DNA of 64,000 nucleotides from an uncultured Acidobacteriota bacterium (GTDB lineage: Bacteria; Acidobacteriota; Vicinamibacteria; Marinacidobacterales; SMYC01), in contig CAVQUX010000015.1 of NCBI GenBank assembly GCA_963716925.1, forward strand, positions 308,104-372,103, written 5' to 3'. The notes under the pieces were generated by a model that did not search any database, was not told where the DNA came from, and saw only the letters and a program-made list of their open reading frames with translations. Below, in pieces: positions 55,967-64,000 of this stretch. The translations under genes were made by a program, and so were the position numbers. Each line of letters begins with the position of its first letter. Positions within the stretch are counted from its first letter, which is position 1.

Positions 55967-56548
55967 ATGACCCCACCCGCGCCACTGGAGGACGGGGAGC
56001 TGATGCTCCGGGTACAAGGCGGCGACCGGGAAGCCTTCGCGGCGCTGGTGGAGCGCCACAAAGCCCCCCTGGTCCGTTTTCTCACCGCGCTCTCCCGGGA
56101 TCGGGATCGCGCCGAAGAGGTGGCCCAGGACGCCTTCGTTCGTCTCTTCGAGCTCTCCCATCGATACCAGGAGCGCGGCCAGTTCACCCCGTATCTCTAC
56201 CGCATCGCCGCCAATCTGCTTCGCACCGAGGATCGCAAGCGCCGCCGCCGTGCGATTCTCCTGAAGGCCTTCGGAGGCAACGGGACCCACGAAGCGGCCC
56301 CGAGTCCGCAGACGGTCTGCCTGCAGGACGAGCTCAGCGCGCGGCTGTCGGAAGCCCTCTCGGCGCTCCCGCTCCGCTACCGCTCGCCGCTCGTGCTGCG
56401 GGACGTGGAGGGCTGGTCCTATACCGACATCGCGCGGGCGATGCGCTGCGGTGAGGGGACGGTGAAGTCCCGCATCCATCGCGGTCGCGAGAGACTGCGG
56501 CGGCTGCTCGAGCCTTATTGGAATGGAGGTCGGCGATGGGCCGAATGA
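55967..56548 (+). CDS. ECF (sigma-70 family group IV) RNA polymerase sigma factor
   Basis: Region 2 (DAFVRLF, YLYRIAANLLR) and region 4 (SYTDIARAMRCGEGTVKSRIHRGRERLR). Confidence 0.8.
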   Translation: MTPPAPLEDGELMLRVQGGDREAFAALVERHKAPLVRFLTALSRDRDRAEEVAQDAFVRLFELSHRYQERGQFTPYLYRIAANLLRTEDRKRRRRAILLKAFGGNGTHEAAPSPQTVCLQDELSARLSEALSALPLRYRSPLVLRDVEGWSYTDIARAMRCGEGTVKSRIHRGRERLRRLLEPYWNGGRRWAE

Positions 56549-56994
56549 ACGACGAGGACGTGTCGCGGCTCCTGCGGGAGCTCCCGCGCGAGGAGCCGTC
56601 CTTCGATTTCACCAGGAGAGTTCTCGCGAAAGTGGACGCCCGCTCCCGGAGCGGTCGTCGCAGCCGCGGCACGGTGATCGCGTGGGCCGGGGCCGCACTC
56701 CTCGGGGCCTTCCTGTCCCAGGGTTACCTCCGGGAGCGGTACGAGCGCTCGCGGGCCGCGGCGCGCGTCCGCGAGCTTCGCGACGAGTACCGGGAGCTTC
56801 AGACGGAGCTCGAGAAGCTCAGGACGTTGACGCGCGAGCTCGAGCCCGTCCTCGAGCTCGGCGGCACCGACGACGTGGAGTTCGTGTTCGATCTGAGAGA
56901 GCTGGCGCGAAGGGAGTCGGAAGGGCTGCGAGCCCAGCCCGTCTCCGACGCCCCTTCGGATATGCCTACGAAAACGGAAGTGAGGAGACCATGA
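56536..56994 (+). CDS. anti-sigma factor, single TM
   Basis: Start overlaps the sigma stop; one TM helix VIAWAGAALLGAFL; helical C-terminus. Confidence 0.5.
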   Translation: MGRMNDEDVSRLLRELPREEPSFDFTRRVLAKVDARSRSGRRSRGTVIAWAGAALLGAFLSQGYLRERYERSRAAARVRELRDEYRELQTELEKLRTLTRELEPVLELGGTDDVEFVFDLRELARRESEGLRAQPVSDAPSDMPTKTEVRRP

Positions 56995-57752
56995 ATCGAC
57001 GACCATCGAGTGAACGGAAGTTTCACGTCGTTCTTGCGGGCCTCGCGGCGGTCGGGCTCGCCGGAATCGCAGCGGCGCAGAGCGGGAAACCCGCGGACCA
57101 CACCCGCGCGTTTTTCTGGAAGAGCATGGGCCGGGGCTATATCGGGGTCCAGGTGCTGGGGCTCACGCCGGAGCTCCGCGTCCACTTCGGGGCGCCCGAG
57201 GACGCGGGAGTTCTCGTGGCCCGGGTCGACGAGGGAAGCCCGGCCGCCGCGGCTGGCATCCAGGTGGGAGACGTACTCACCGCCGTCGACGGAAAACCGA
57301 TTGCGGGCCCTCATATCCTCGCGGTCGAGGTGGGTGAGAAGAATGCCGGTGAAAGCGTCAACGTCGATTGGATTCGCCACGAGGCGGGGCTGAGCGCCTC
57401 GGTTCCCGTCGAGGAGCGCGATCGGAAGGTAATCGACCTCGCCGGGTTCGAAACCGCGATTCCCCCGCTTCCGGAGATCGGCGCGTTTCCGGGGCTCCCC
57501 GTACCCCCAGGAGAGCACGGCGTCTTCTTCGCGCCCGGGAGCCGGCTCGCGCTCGACGAGGAAGCCCTCCGCGCTTTCGAGGAGGCGATGCGCGACCTCG
57601 AGGGCCGCTTCGAAAGCGAGGAGTGGCAGGAGAAGCTGAAGCGGTTCCGGGAGATGGACCTCGGGAAGATTCAAGACCGGATGAAAGAGGTCGAGGACCG
57701 GCTCCGGAAGCTCGAGTCGGAGCTGGATCAGGAAGGGAAGAAGAAACTTTAA
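56991..57752 (+). CDS. periplasmic PDZ-domain protein
   Basis: ATGA overlap with anti-sigma gene; signal peptide; PDZ segment GVLVARVDEGSPAAAAGIQVGDVLTAVDGKPI. Confidence 0.65.
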   Translation: MNRRPSSERKFHVVLAGLAAVGLAGIAAAQSGKPADHTRAFFWKSMGRGYIGVQVLGLTPELRVHFGAPEDAGVLVARVDEGSPAAAAGIQVGDVLTAVDGKPIAGPHILAVEVGEKNAGESVNVDWIRHEAGLSASVPVEERDRKVIDLAGFETAIPPLPEIGAFPGLPVPPGEHGVFFAPGSRLALDEEALRAFEEAMRDLEGRFESEEWQEKLKRFREMDLGKIQDRMKEVEDRLRKLESELDQEGKKKL

Positions 57753-57778
57753 CCCGCCGTCGCGGGAGCTACGGCGGG
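57753..57778 (+). terminator. hairpin directly after the operon stop codon
   Basis: CCCGCCGT-cgcgggagct-ACGGCGGG; further hairpins up to 57840 (GTCTCAG-N8-CTGAGAC). Confidence 0.35.
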
Positions 57779-57861
57779 TCCGCCGCGGCCCTCCGGGCGG
57801 AGGCGGCGCGGCGTCTCAGTTGTTACTCTGAGACGTGCGACAGTCGACGAGCTCGGTCTTG

Positions 57862-58770
57862 ATGATCGAGCCGGTTGCGTTCGGGAGCAATCCCGACTCG
57901 GCCCGGACCAACGCCTTCATGCGGGACGCCACGGGCTTCCCTCCCGAAGAGCTCCAGGCCTCGGCCCTTCGTGAGTTCCTGGCGCTGGTCGAGCGGCTCG
58001 AGAGCGAAGGCGTCGAGGCTCTGGTATTTCGGGACCGGGCCGACTCTCCGTCGCCGGACGCGATCTTCCCCAACAACTGGGTGTCGTTCCACGAGGAAGG
58101 CCGGGCCCTCCTCTACCCCATGGAGCCGCCGAATCGGAGGCGGGAGCGGCGCACGGAGATTCTCGATTGGCTCTCGGTCGAGAAAGGCTTCCGGCTGGAC
58201 GAGGTCATCGACCTGAGCTTTCACGAGGCCGAGGGTCGATTCCTCGAAGGCACGGGCAGCATGGTCTTCGACCGGCCCGGGAGAACGGTCTATGCCTCCG
58301 TCTCGCCGCGCACCACTCCGAGCCTCCTTCACGAGTACGGCGAGAGGTTCGGTCTTCGGATCGTTTCCTTCCACGCGTTCGACGCCGGAGGCGTCGCGGT
58401 GTACCACACGAACGTCGCTCTCGCTCTAGGAGCCGGCGTTGCCCTGTTCTGCGGGGAGGCCGTCCGGGACCTTTGCGAGAGGCGAGAGGTAATGGAGTCT
58501 CTCGAGAGCGGCGGGCGCGAAGTGGTCGAGCTCACGATGGAGCAGCTGTACGCGTTCGCCGGCAACATGCTCGCGCTCGAGAGCCGGCGGGGGGAGCCGC
58601 TCCTGGCGATGTCCGAGCGCGCGTTCTCGTCGCTGAGCCGGACGCAGCTCCAGAGGCTCGAACGTCGAGCGCGCCTCGTCCGGAGCCCGATTCCCACCAT
58701 CGAGGAGTTCGGCGGCGGAAGCGTCCGCTGCATGCTGGCGGAGGTGTTCCTCCCGCGGGTCAGGAGCTAG
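57862..58770 (+). CDS. amidinotransferase / arginine-deiminase-related-superfamily protein
   Basis: MIEPVAFGSNP...DAIFPNNW...HTNVA...SVRCMLAEVFLP pattern of citrulline-utilisation/arginine-deiminase-related hydrolases. Confidence 0.55.
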   Translation: MIEPVAFGSNPDSARTNAFMRDATGFPPEELQASALREFLALVERLESEGVEALVFRDRADSPSPDAIFPNNWVSFHEEGRALLYPMEPPNRRRERRTEILDWLSVEKGFRLDEVIDLSFHEAEGRFLEGTGSMVFDRPGRTVYASVSPRTTPSLLHEYGERFGLRIVSFHAFDAGGVAVYHTNVALALGAGVALFCGEAVRDLCERREVMESLESGGREVVELTMEQLYAFAGNMLALESRRGEPLLAMSERAFSSLSRTQLQRLERRARLVRSPIPTIEEFGGGSVRCMLAEVFLPRVRS

Positions 58771-60280
58771 CTTCCTTCGGGGATCGCCTGCGGTAGGCCT
58801 GGACCTTGCTCTTCACCGTCCGGCGGTCGAGCCCGAGCCTTCGCGCGGTCTCGAGGAAGTTGCCCGAACGGTCGTAGACGTGGGCGCAATAGGCCTCGAG
58901 GAGCTCCTCCGCGGTCGAGCTTCCCTCTCGCAAGTCCACCAGCCAGGGCGAGTCCGCGGCCCTCGACGCGGGACGATACTCCTTGCGGACGAGGATGTTC
59001 CGCACGCATTGCTCGAGCTCGCGGAAGTTTCCCGGCCAGCCGTAGTCGGGCCCGAGATGGCTCTCTATCCAATGGAGGACTTCGGAAGTGACGGCGTCCG
59101 ATTCCTCCGGACCCACGATGCGCCGGGCGATGAAGCGGACCAGCTCCTCGAGATCGTCGGGCGCATCCCCGAGCTGCTCCCGGAGCGAGGGCGTGGCGAT
59201 GAGATCCGAGCAAAGGCGGTAGTAGAGATCCTCCCGGAAGCGGCCCGCCCGCATCTCCGCCGCCAGATCGCGGTGGGTCGCGGCCACGATCTTGCCCTCG
59301 AACTTCTGGGTCTTGGTCTCGCCCAGGGACTGGAACTCGCGCGTCTGCAGCACCCGCAGGAGCTTGACCTGAATCGCCGGGTCGAGATCGCCGATCTCGT
59401 CGAGGAACACCGTACCGAGCGCGGGGCAGATCGCGAAGAATCCCTTGCGGTCCGCGAGAGCGCCGGTGAAGGCCCCGCGGCGGTGGCCGAAGAGCTCGGA
59501 TTCGATGAGCGTCGGCGCGAGCGCCGAGAGGTTCATGGGGTAGAAAGCTTCGGCCGCGTCGAGGACGAACCGCTCGGTCTTCGGCTGGAAGGGGATGTAG
59601 CGGGAGGAGCCGATGGCTCTCGCCACCAGCTCCTTCCCCGTACCCGAAGGACCGGTCACCAGCGTCGAGATGTCCCCCATACGGTCGAAGAGCGCGCGCC
59701 GATAGCGCCTCAGGTCGTGGGTGAAGATGGATTGCCAGATGGCGGCCCGGAGCCGCGCCGCGGGGTAGGAGCTCCCGACGATGAACTCGAAGATGTGGTG
59801 GGAGGCGCGGCGGATCTGGAACAGGAACGCGAACCAGTGCGAGAGCTCCGCCTCGATTCGCGTGGAGACCGCGGGCGGCGGCAGCAGGCGCACGGCCTCG
59901 CGGCAGAACGAATCGTAGAACCGAATGGCGGGCTCTCCCATCGCCCGTCCGAAGTCCCCTTCGAAGCGGTAGTACAGAATGTAGAAGACCAGCTCCTCGT
60001 AGAGCCGGGCGTCGTATGCCGAAGGCTTGCCTGCGGAAGCGAATCGAGGACGCAGCGATTTCGCCGTCGACTCCGCCCGGGCCTCGATCTTGACCACGTT
60101 GGGGTTCTGCCGATCGAGGCGCTTGCTCCAGACCGGGCTCACTTCCTCGAAATCGTCCTTCAGGATCTCGCGCTCGAGCTCGATGCGCTGGGGAAGGAAC
60201 GGGTTCGCGGTCGCGAGGCGGGAGAGGTTCTCGAGGAAGTCCCTTTCTTCTCGAGTGAAATCCGCGGAGCTCATATTCAA
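58760..60280 (-). CDS. sigma54-dependent transcriptional activator (bEBP) with a non-receiver N-terminal domain and C-terminal HTH
   Basis: GPSGTGKE Walker A, GAFTGA (HRRGAFTGAL), FREDLYYRL, C-terminal ETARRLGLDRRTVKSKVQ; about 200-aa N-terminal domain of unknown type. Confidence 0.8.
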   Translation of the reverse strand: MNMSSADFTREERDFLENLSRLATANPFLPQRIELEREILKDDFEEVSPVWSKRLDRQNPNVVKIEARAESTAKSLRPRFASAGKPSAYDARLYEELVFYILYYRFEGDFGRAMGEPAIRFYDSFCREAVRLLPPPAVSTRIEAELSHWFAFLFQIRRASHHIFEFIVGSSYPAARLRAAIWQSIFTHDLRRYRRALFDRMGDISTLVTGPSGTGKELVARAIGSSRYIPFQPKTERFVLDAAEAFYPMNLSALAPTLIESELFGHRRGAFTGALADRKGFFAICPALGTVFLDEIGDLDPAIQVKLLRVLQTREFQSLGETKTQKFEGKIVAATHRDLAAEMRAGRFREDLYYRLCSDLIATPSLREQLGDAPDDLEELVRFIARRIVGPEESDAVTSEVLHWIESHLGPDYGWPGNFRELEQCVRNILVRKEYRPASRAADSPWLVDLREGSSTAEELLEAYCAHVYDRSGNFLETARRLGLDRRTVKSKVQAYRRRSPKEASS

Positions 60281-60384
60281 CCATTGTATAGGTGGTGAGC
60301 AGCGTCTGGACAGCTCGAGACGGACGAGTTGAAGAAGATCGCGAAAAAAGCCCGAAACATCGAGATCGAGCGGGTGGGGTGAGC

Positions 60385-60400
60385 TGGCACGCGCCCTGCT
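60385..60400 (+). promoter_or_regulatory. weak candidate sigma54 promoter TGGCAC-N5-CTGCT upstream of the PadR-permease operon
   Basis: GG/GC dinucleotides at correct spacing; one mismatch in the -12 element. Confidence 0.2.
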
Positions 60401-60527
60401 ACGGTCGACCGATCGGAGCCCATGGCCGGGAGGTCGATAACAAACCTGCCCTCACCCCCGACCTCCCGGCCGAGCTCCCGCATCCCGAGCCTTGATCCTA
60501 TGTAGAAATGCATATAGATTGGGCGCG

Positions 60528-60851
60528 ATGAGAAGAAAGAGGCTCAGCTACAACGAGGCCTTGGTGCTCCAGGCTCTCGCCCGCGGCTTCCGCTACGGCT
60601 TCGAGATCATGGACTTCACGACGCTCGCGAGCGGCACCGCCTATCCCATCCTGAGGCGCTTCGAGATCGAGAAGCTCGTTCGCTCGCGCTGGGAAGGGGA
60701 GAGGACGGCGCAGCGCGACGGGCGGCCCCGCCGACGGTACTACGAGCTCACCGAGGAGGGCCGGAAGCTGCTCTCGATGGCGCTCGAGCGATTCTCCGAC
60801 CATCGCCGAGTCTTCGGCGACGCCGTCGCCGAGCCTCAGTCGAGCCGATGA
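60528..60851 (+). CDS. PadR-family transcriptional regulator
   Basis: NEALVLQALARGFRYGFEI...YPILRRFEIEKLV...RRYYELTEEGRKLL winged-helix pattern. Confidence 0.8.
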   Translation: MRRKRLSYNEALVLQALARGFRYGFEIMDFTTLASGTAYPILRRFEIEKLVRSRWEGERTAQRDGRPRRRYYELTEEGRKLLSMALERFSDHRRVFGDAVAEPQSSR

Positions 60852-63505
60852 AGCCTCCGATTCTCGCGCGGATCACGGTCGGGATCGCGAGCCTGGCGGT
60901 TCCGGCGTTCTACCGCGATCGGTTCCGCGAAGAGTGGCTCTCCGAGCTCTGGCACCTGAGGAATAAGGGAGCGCCGGCGTCGAAGATCGCCGCCCGGACC
61001 GTCGGCGTGTTCCGGGACGCTCTCGAAACGCGCCGGCTGTTGCCCGAGGCGAGAGAGACGGGGAGGAGAAAGTTCATGGGATTCCGCGATGTCCGTCTCG
61101 CCTTGCGAAGCTTCCGGCAGCGGCCGGGCTGGACGTTCTTCGTCCTCGCCACGCTCGCCGTCGGCATCGGCGCCAACATCGCCATCTTCAGTCTCGTCGA
61201 GGCCGTCCTCCTTCGTCCCCTCCGATACGCCGAGCCCGACCGGTTGGTGAAGGTCCAGGGACTGACCCTCGCGAGCGGCCAACCAGGGAACATCTCCCCC
61301 GGGGAATTCTACGACTTCGCCGAACGGAGCGAGGTATTCGAATCGATGGGCGCTCACGGCTGGGTTGGATTCTTCACCGTCACCGGCGATCTGGAGCCCG
61401 AGCGCGTCGCCGGCTCGAGCGTGACCGCGGGCTTCTTCGAGACCCTGCGAGTGCGGCCCGCTCTCGGGAGGATCTTCACCGAAGACGAGGATCGGCCGGG
61501 GGCGCCTCTCACCGTCGTAGTTACTCATTCGTTCTGGCAATCACGACTGGGAGGCTCGTCTTCAGTCCTGGGAAAGACGATCCGGGTGAACGCCGAGCCT
61601 CACGAGATCGTGGGAGTTCTTCCGGCAGACTACCTGCACCCCGAGCCGAACCCCGAACGAGAGCCCTTCCTCTACACTCTCCAGCGGTTCGACCGCGGCG
61701 ACCCTTGTCAGGATTGCCGGTTCATCCGCGCCATCGGACGGCTCCGCGACGGACGCTCGGTCGAAGAGGCCCGCGCCGAGCTCGCCGCCGTCGCACGGCG
61801 ACGCGAGCGGGACGATCCCGCGTCCAACACCGGAAGGGGCGCCCACGTCGTCGAGCTCAAGGAGGCGATCGTCGCCGGCTCGCGAACGAGTCTGCTGGTC
61901 CTCTACGGGGCCGTCGGGGCGGTGCTTCTCATCGTCTGCGTCAATCTCGCGAACCTCCAGCTGGCGCAGGGGGTGATTCGCCAGAAGGCGCTCGCGATCC
62001 AGTCGGCTCTGGGGGCGGGCCGCGGGGCGCTGGTGCGCCAGCTTCTGACGGAGAGCTGGATTCTCTCGATGGCGGGGGGATTCCTCGGACTCCTGCTCGC
62101 GGCCTCGGCGCGCGGATTCCTGGCGCAGCGGGCGATCCCGCGAGCGGTCGAGATCGACTTCGACTGGACCGCGCTCGGGTTCGCCGTCCTGCTCTCGTCG
62201 CTGACGGCGATCGTCTTCGGATTCGCACCGGCGTTGAGCCTCGCTTCCACGAACCTCCGAACCGTTCTCCTCGAGGGCGGAGGCCGGGGCGCTAGCGCAA
62301 GGGCCGACGCGCGGCGGATCCTGATCGGAGTCGAGGTCGCGCTCTCGCTGATGCTCCTCTTGGCCGCCGGGCTCCTGATCAGGAGTCTCGGAGAGCTTCG
62401 CTCGGTTGCGCCCGGGTTCCGCGCCGACCGCGTCCTCACGATGTCCCTCTCTCTCCCTCTCGCCCGCTACGCCGAGGGAGAGCAGATCCCCTTCTACCAG
62501 CGGCTCTACGAGAGGATTCGGTCACTTCCGGAGGTCCGTGCGGTGGGCGGGACCAACATCCTTCCCTTGAGCGACAACTACTCCAACGACGCGTTCCAGA
62601 TCGAGGCTCGCCCCGCGCCCCAGGGAGAGCGGCCCGGGGCGGAAGCGCGGTCCGTGAGCGCCGGTTACTTCGAGGCCATGGGGATTCCGTTGCTCCGCGG
62701 CAGGCTCTTCGACGAGCGGGACATCGCGAGCGCGGCGCGGGTGGTGGTGGTAAGCGAATCGATGGCCGCGAAGTTCTGGCCGGGCGAGGATCCTCTGGGA
62801 GCGCACATCACTTACAACCGCGGCGTTTCCGACGAGGGGAAGCTCGACGTGGGCGGAACGGGCTCGCGCGAGATCGTGGGAATCGTTTCCGACGTGAAGC
62901 ATCTGGACCTGAACGAGGAGAGCGTCCCGATGTTCTACACCCCTCAAGCCCAGGAGCCTTCTTTTCACACCATGACGCTCGTGGTGCGAACGTCGTCGTC
63001 GGCGGAAGCCGTCGCTTCCGGAATCTCGAGGGAGCTAAAGGCGATGGATCCGGAAATCCCCCTCTACTCCGTGCGCAGCCTGAGCGAGGTCCTCGAGGGT
63101 TCGGTGAGCGAGGAGCGGTTCCGCGCGCGCGTCCTCGGGCTCTTCGCGCTGGTCGCGCTCGGCCTCGCCGCTCTCGGAGTCTACGCGGTCATGGGGCTCA
63201 CCGTAGCTCAGCGCGAGCGCGAGATCGGAATCCGGATGGCGCTCGGCGCGAGGGTGAAGGACGTGGTGCGGATGCTCGTCCTCGAGAGCATGAGGCCGGT
63301 GGTCTGGGGCCTCGCCGCCGGCGCCGTCGGCGCGACCTTCCTGACCCAGGCGCTGCGGAGCCTGCTCTTCCGGATCGAGCCTTCGGATCCCGCGACCTTC
63401 GTCGGCGTTACCACGATCCTCGGCGTGACCGCGCTCGCGGCCGCCCTCATTCCAACGCTGCGGGCGGCTCGAGTCGACCCGGTGAGGACCCTCCGCTCGG
63501 AGTGA
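60848..63505 (+). CDS. ADOP-type (acidobacterial duplicated orphan permease) FtsX/MacB-like permease
   Basis: ATGA overlap with padR; 885 aa with two FtsX/MacB_PCD repeats (…REIGIRMALGAR… C-terminal FtsX motif). Confidence 0.75.
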   Translation: MKPPILARITVGIASLAVPAFYRDRFREEWLSELWHLRNKGAPASKIAARTVGVFRDALETRRLLPEARETGRRKFMGFRDVRLALRSFRQRPGWTFFVLATLAVGIGANIAIFSLVEAVLLRPLRYAEPDRLVKVQGLTLASGQPGNISPGEFYDFAERSEVFESMGAHGWVGFFTVTGDLEPERVAGSSVTAGFFETLRVRPALGRIFTEDEDRPGAPLTVVVTHSFWQSRLGGSSSVLGKTIRVNAEPHEIVGVLPADYLHPEPNPEREPFLYTLQRFDRGDPCQDCRFIRAIGRLRDGRSVEEARAELAAVARRRERDDPASNTGRGAHVVELKEAIVAGSRTSLLVLYGAVGAVLLIVCVNLANLQLAQGVIRQKALAIQSALGAGRGALVRQLLTESWILSMAGGFLGLLLAASARGFLAQRAIPRAVEIDFDWTALGFAVLLSSLTAIVFGFAPALSLASTNLRTVLLEGGGRGASARADARRILIGVEVALSLMLLLAAGLLIRSLGELRSVAPGFRADRVLTMSLSLPLARYAEGEQIPFYQRLYERIRSLPEVRAVGGTNILPLSDNYSNDAFQIEARPAPQGERPGAEARSVSAGYFEAMGIPLLRGRLFDERDIASAARVVVVSESMAAKFWPGEDPLGAHITYNRGVSDEGKLDVGGTGSREIVGIVSDVKHLDLNEESVPMFYTPQAQEPSFHTMTLVVRTSSSAEAVASGISRELKAMDPEIPLYSVRSLSEVLEGSVSEERFRARVLGLFALVALGLAALGVYAVMGLTVAQREREIGIRMALGARVKDVVRMLVLESMRPVVWGLAAGAVGATFLTQALRSLLFRIEPSDPATFVGVTTILGVTALAAALIPTLRAARVDPVRTLRSE

Positions 63506-63760
63506 ATGCGCGGATTTGGTTGAACGATCTCAATAACTGGCAGATGACGCGCGACTTTCGTCAAGTGGTTCAGCGGCATCGAGCTTTCGTCTCGAAGTAT
63601 TCGCGGCTGATCAGACCTGAACCGTATTCTTGTGGAAAGGGAGATGCCCGATTGACGCATCGCACCGACGGAACATACATTGCCGGGAGTGCCGATCCGA
63701 TATATCCGCTCGCCTTCTAAACGGAAACGCGGGCACGAACTTCTCCGGGCGCGTTGAGCG

Positions 63761-64000
63761 ATGGCGCTCTCCGGCGTCGACTTGTTCGTCGTCCTCTCGT
63801 ACCTCGGGGCCATCGTAGGGATGTCGTGGGCGTTCGCCCGCCGACAGCGCAGCGGAGAAGAGTACTTCCTCGCGGGCCGCGCGATGTCCGGCCCCGTGCT
63901 CGCAGCGTCGATCCTCGCCAACCAGGCGAGTGCGGTGAGTCTCGTGGGGGCGCCCGCGTTCGTGGCCCTGCGCGAGGGTGGAGGCCTTCTGTGGCTCCAG
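63761..64000 (+). CDS. sodium:solute symporter (SSF) family transporter, N-terminal fragment; continues beyond the window
   Basis: MALSGVDLFVVLSYLGAIVGMSWAFARRQRSGEEYFLAGRAMSGPVLAASILANQASAVSLVGAPAF. Confidence 0.55.
   Translation, partial: MALSGVDLFVVLSYLGAIVGMSWAFARRQRSGEEYFLAGRAMSGPVLAASILANQASAVSLVGAPAFVALREGGGLLWLQ

Overview
High-GC (about 66% GC) bacterial chromosomal window with roughly 55 protein-coding genes and no rRNA, tRNA, CRISPR array or transposase that I could recognise. The gene content points to Acidobacteriota: a PadR regulator next to an ADOP-type FtsX permease, a PEGA protein, three BON-domain proteins, and sigma54 plus ECF sigma systems. This taxonomic call is an inference.

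Main content, left to right:
- SDH-family protease, VirJ/AcvB hydrolase and MprF (lysyl-phosphatidylglycerol metabolism), with a second, tandem-domain AcvB gene further along.
- A minus-strand tripartite efflux operon: membrane fusion protein, ABC ATPase, FtsX permease and outer-membrane factor.
- A signalling cluster: GGDEF cyclase, PP2C phosphatase, and an OmpR-type response regulator with its histidine kinase.
- Glycogen genes glgP (nearly intact) and glgX (riddled with frame changes).
- An envelope-stress flavoured set of BON, STAS, PAP2 and lipoprotein genes.
- A Hanks-type Ser/Thr kinase with a TolB-like propeller, a DUF433/DUF5615 toxin-antitoxin-like pair, and an OPT transporter.
- M20 peptidase, amidase, SDR, IMPDH and NnrE; a secreted metzincin; an ExeA-like ATPase divergent from an ECF sigma / anti-sigma / PDZ operon.
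- A sigma54-dependent activator, the PadR-ADOP pair, and a partial sodium:solute symporter at the right edge.

Two things stand out beyond the gene calls:
1. Many conserved genes change reading frame by one base at homopolymer runs, and several loci carry gene fragments. This looks like indel-type sequencing error and/or real gene decay, with a possible rearrangement near 32.7-34.3 kb.
2. An AT-rich 16-bp dyad, ATTAA-N6-TTAA(T/G), occurs seven times. It sits inside two families of duplicated upstream cassettes that precede envelope, stress and signalling genes, and may mark an undescribed regulon.

Three paralogous small secreted tandem-repeat proteins of unknown function are also present. All coordinates of frameshifted genes are approximate overall spans, and all product calls are motif-based readings of the ORF translations.
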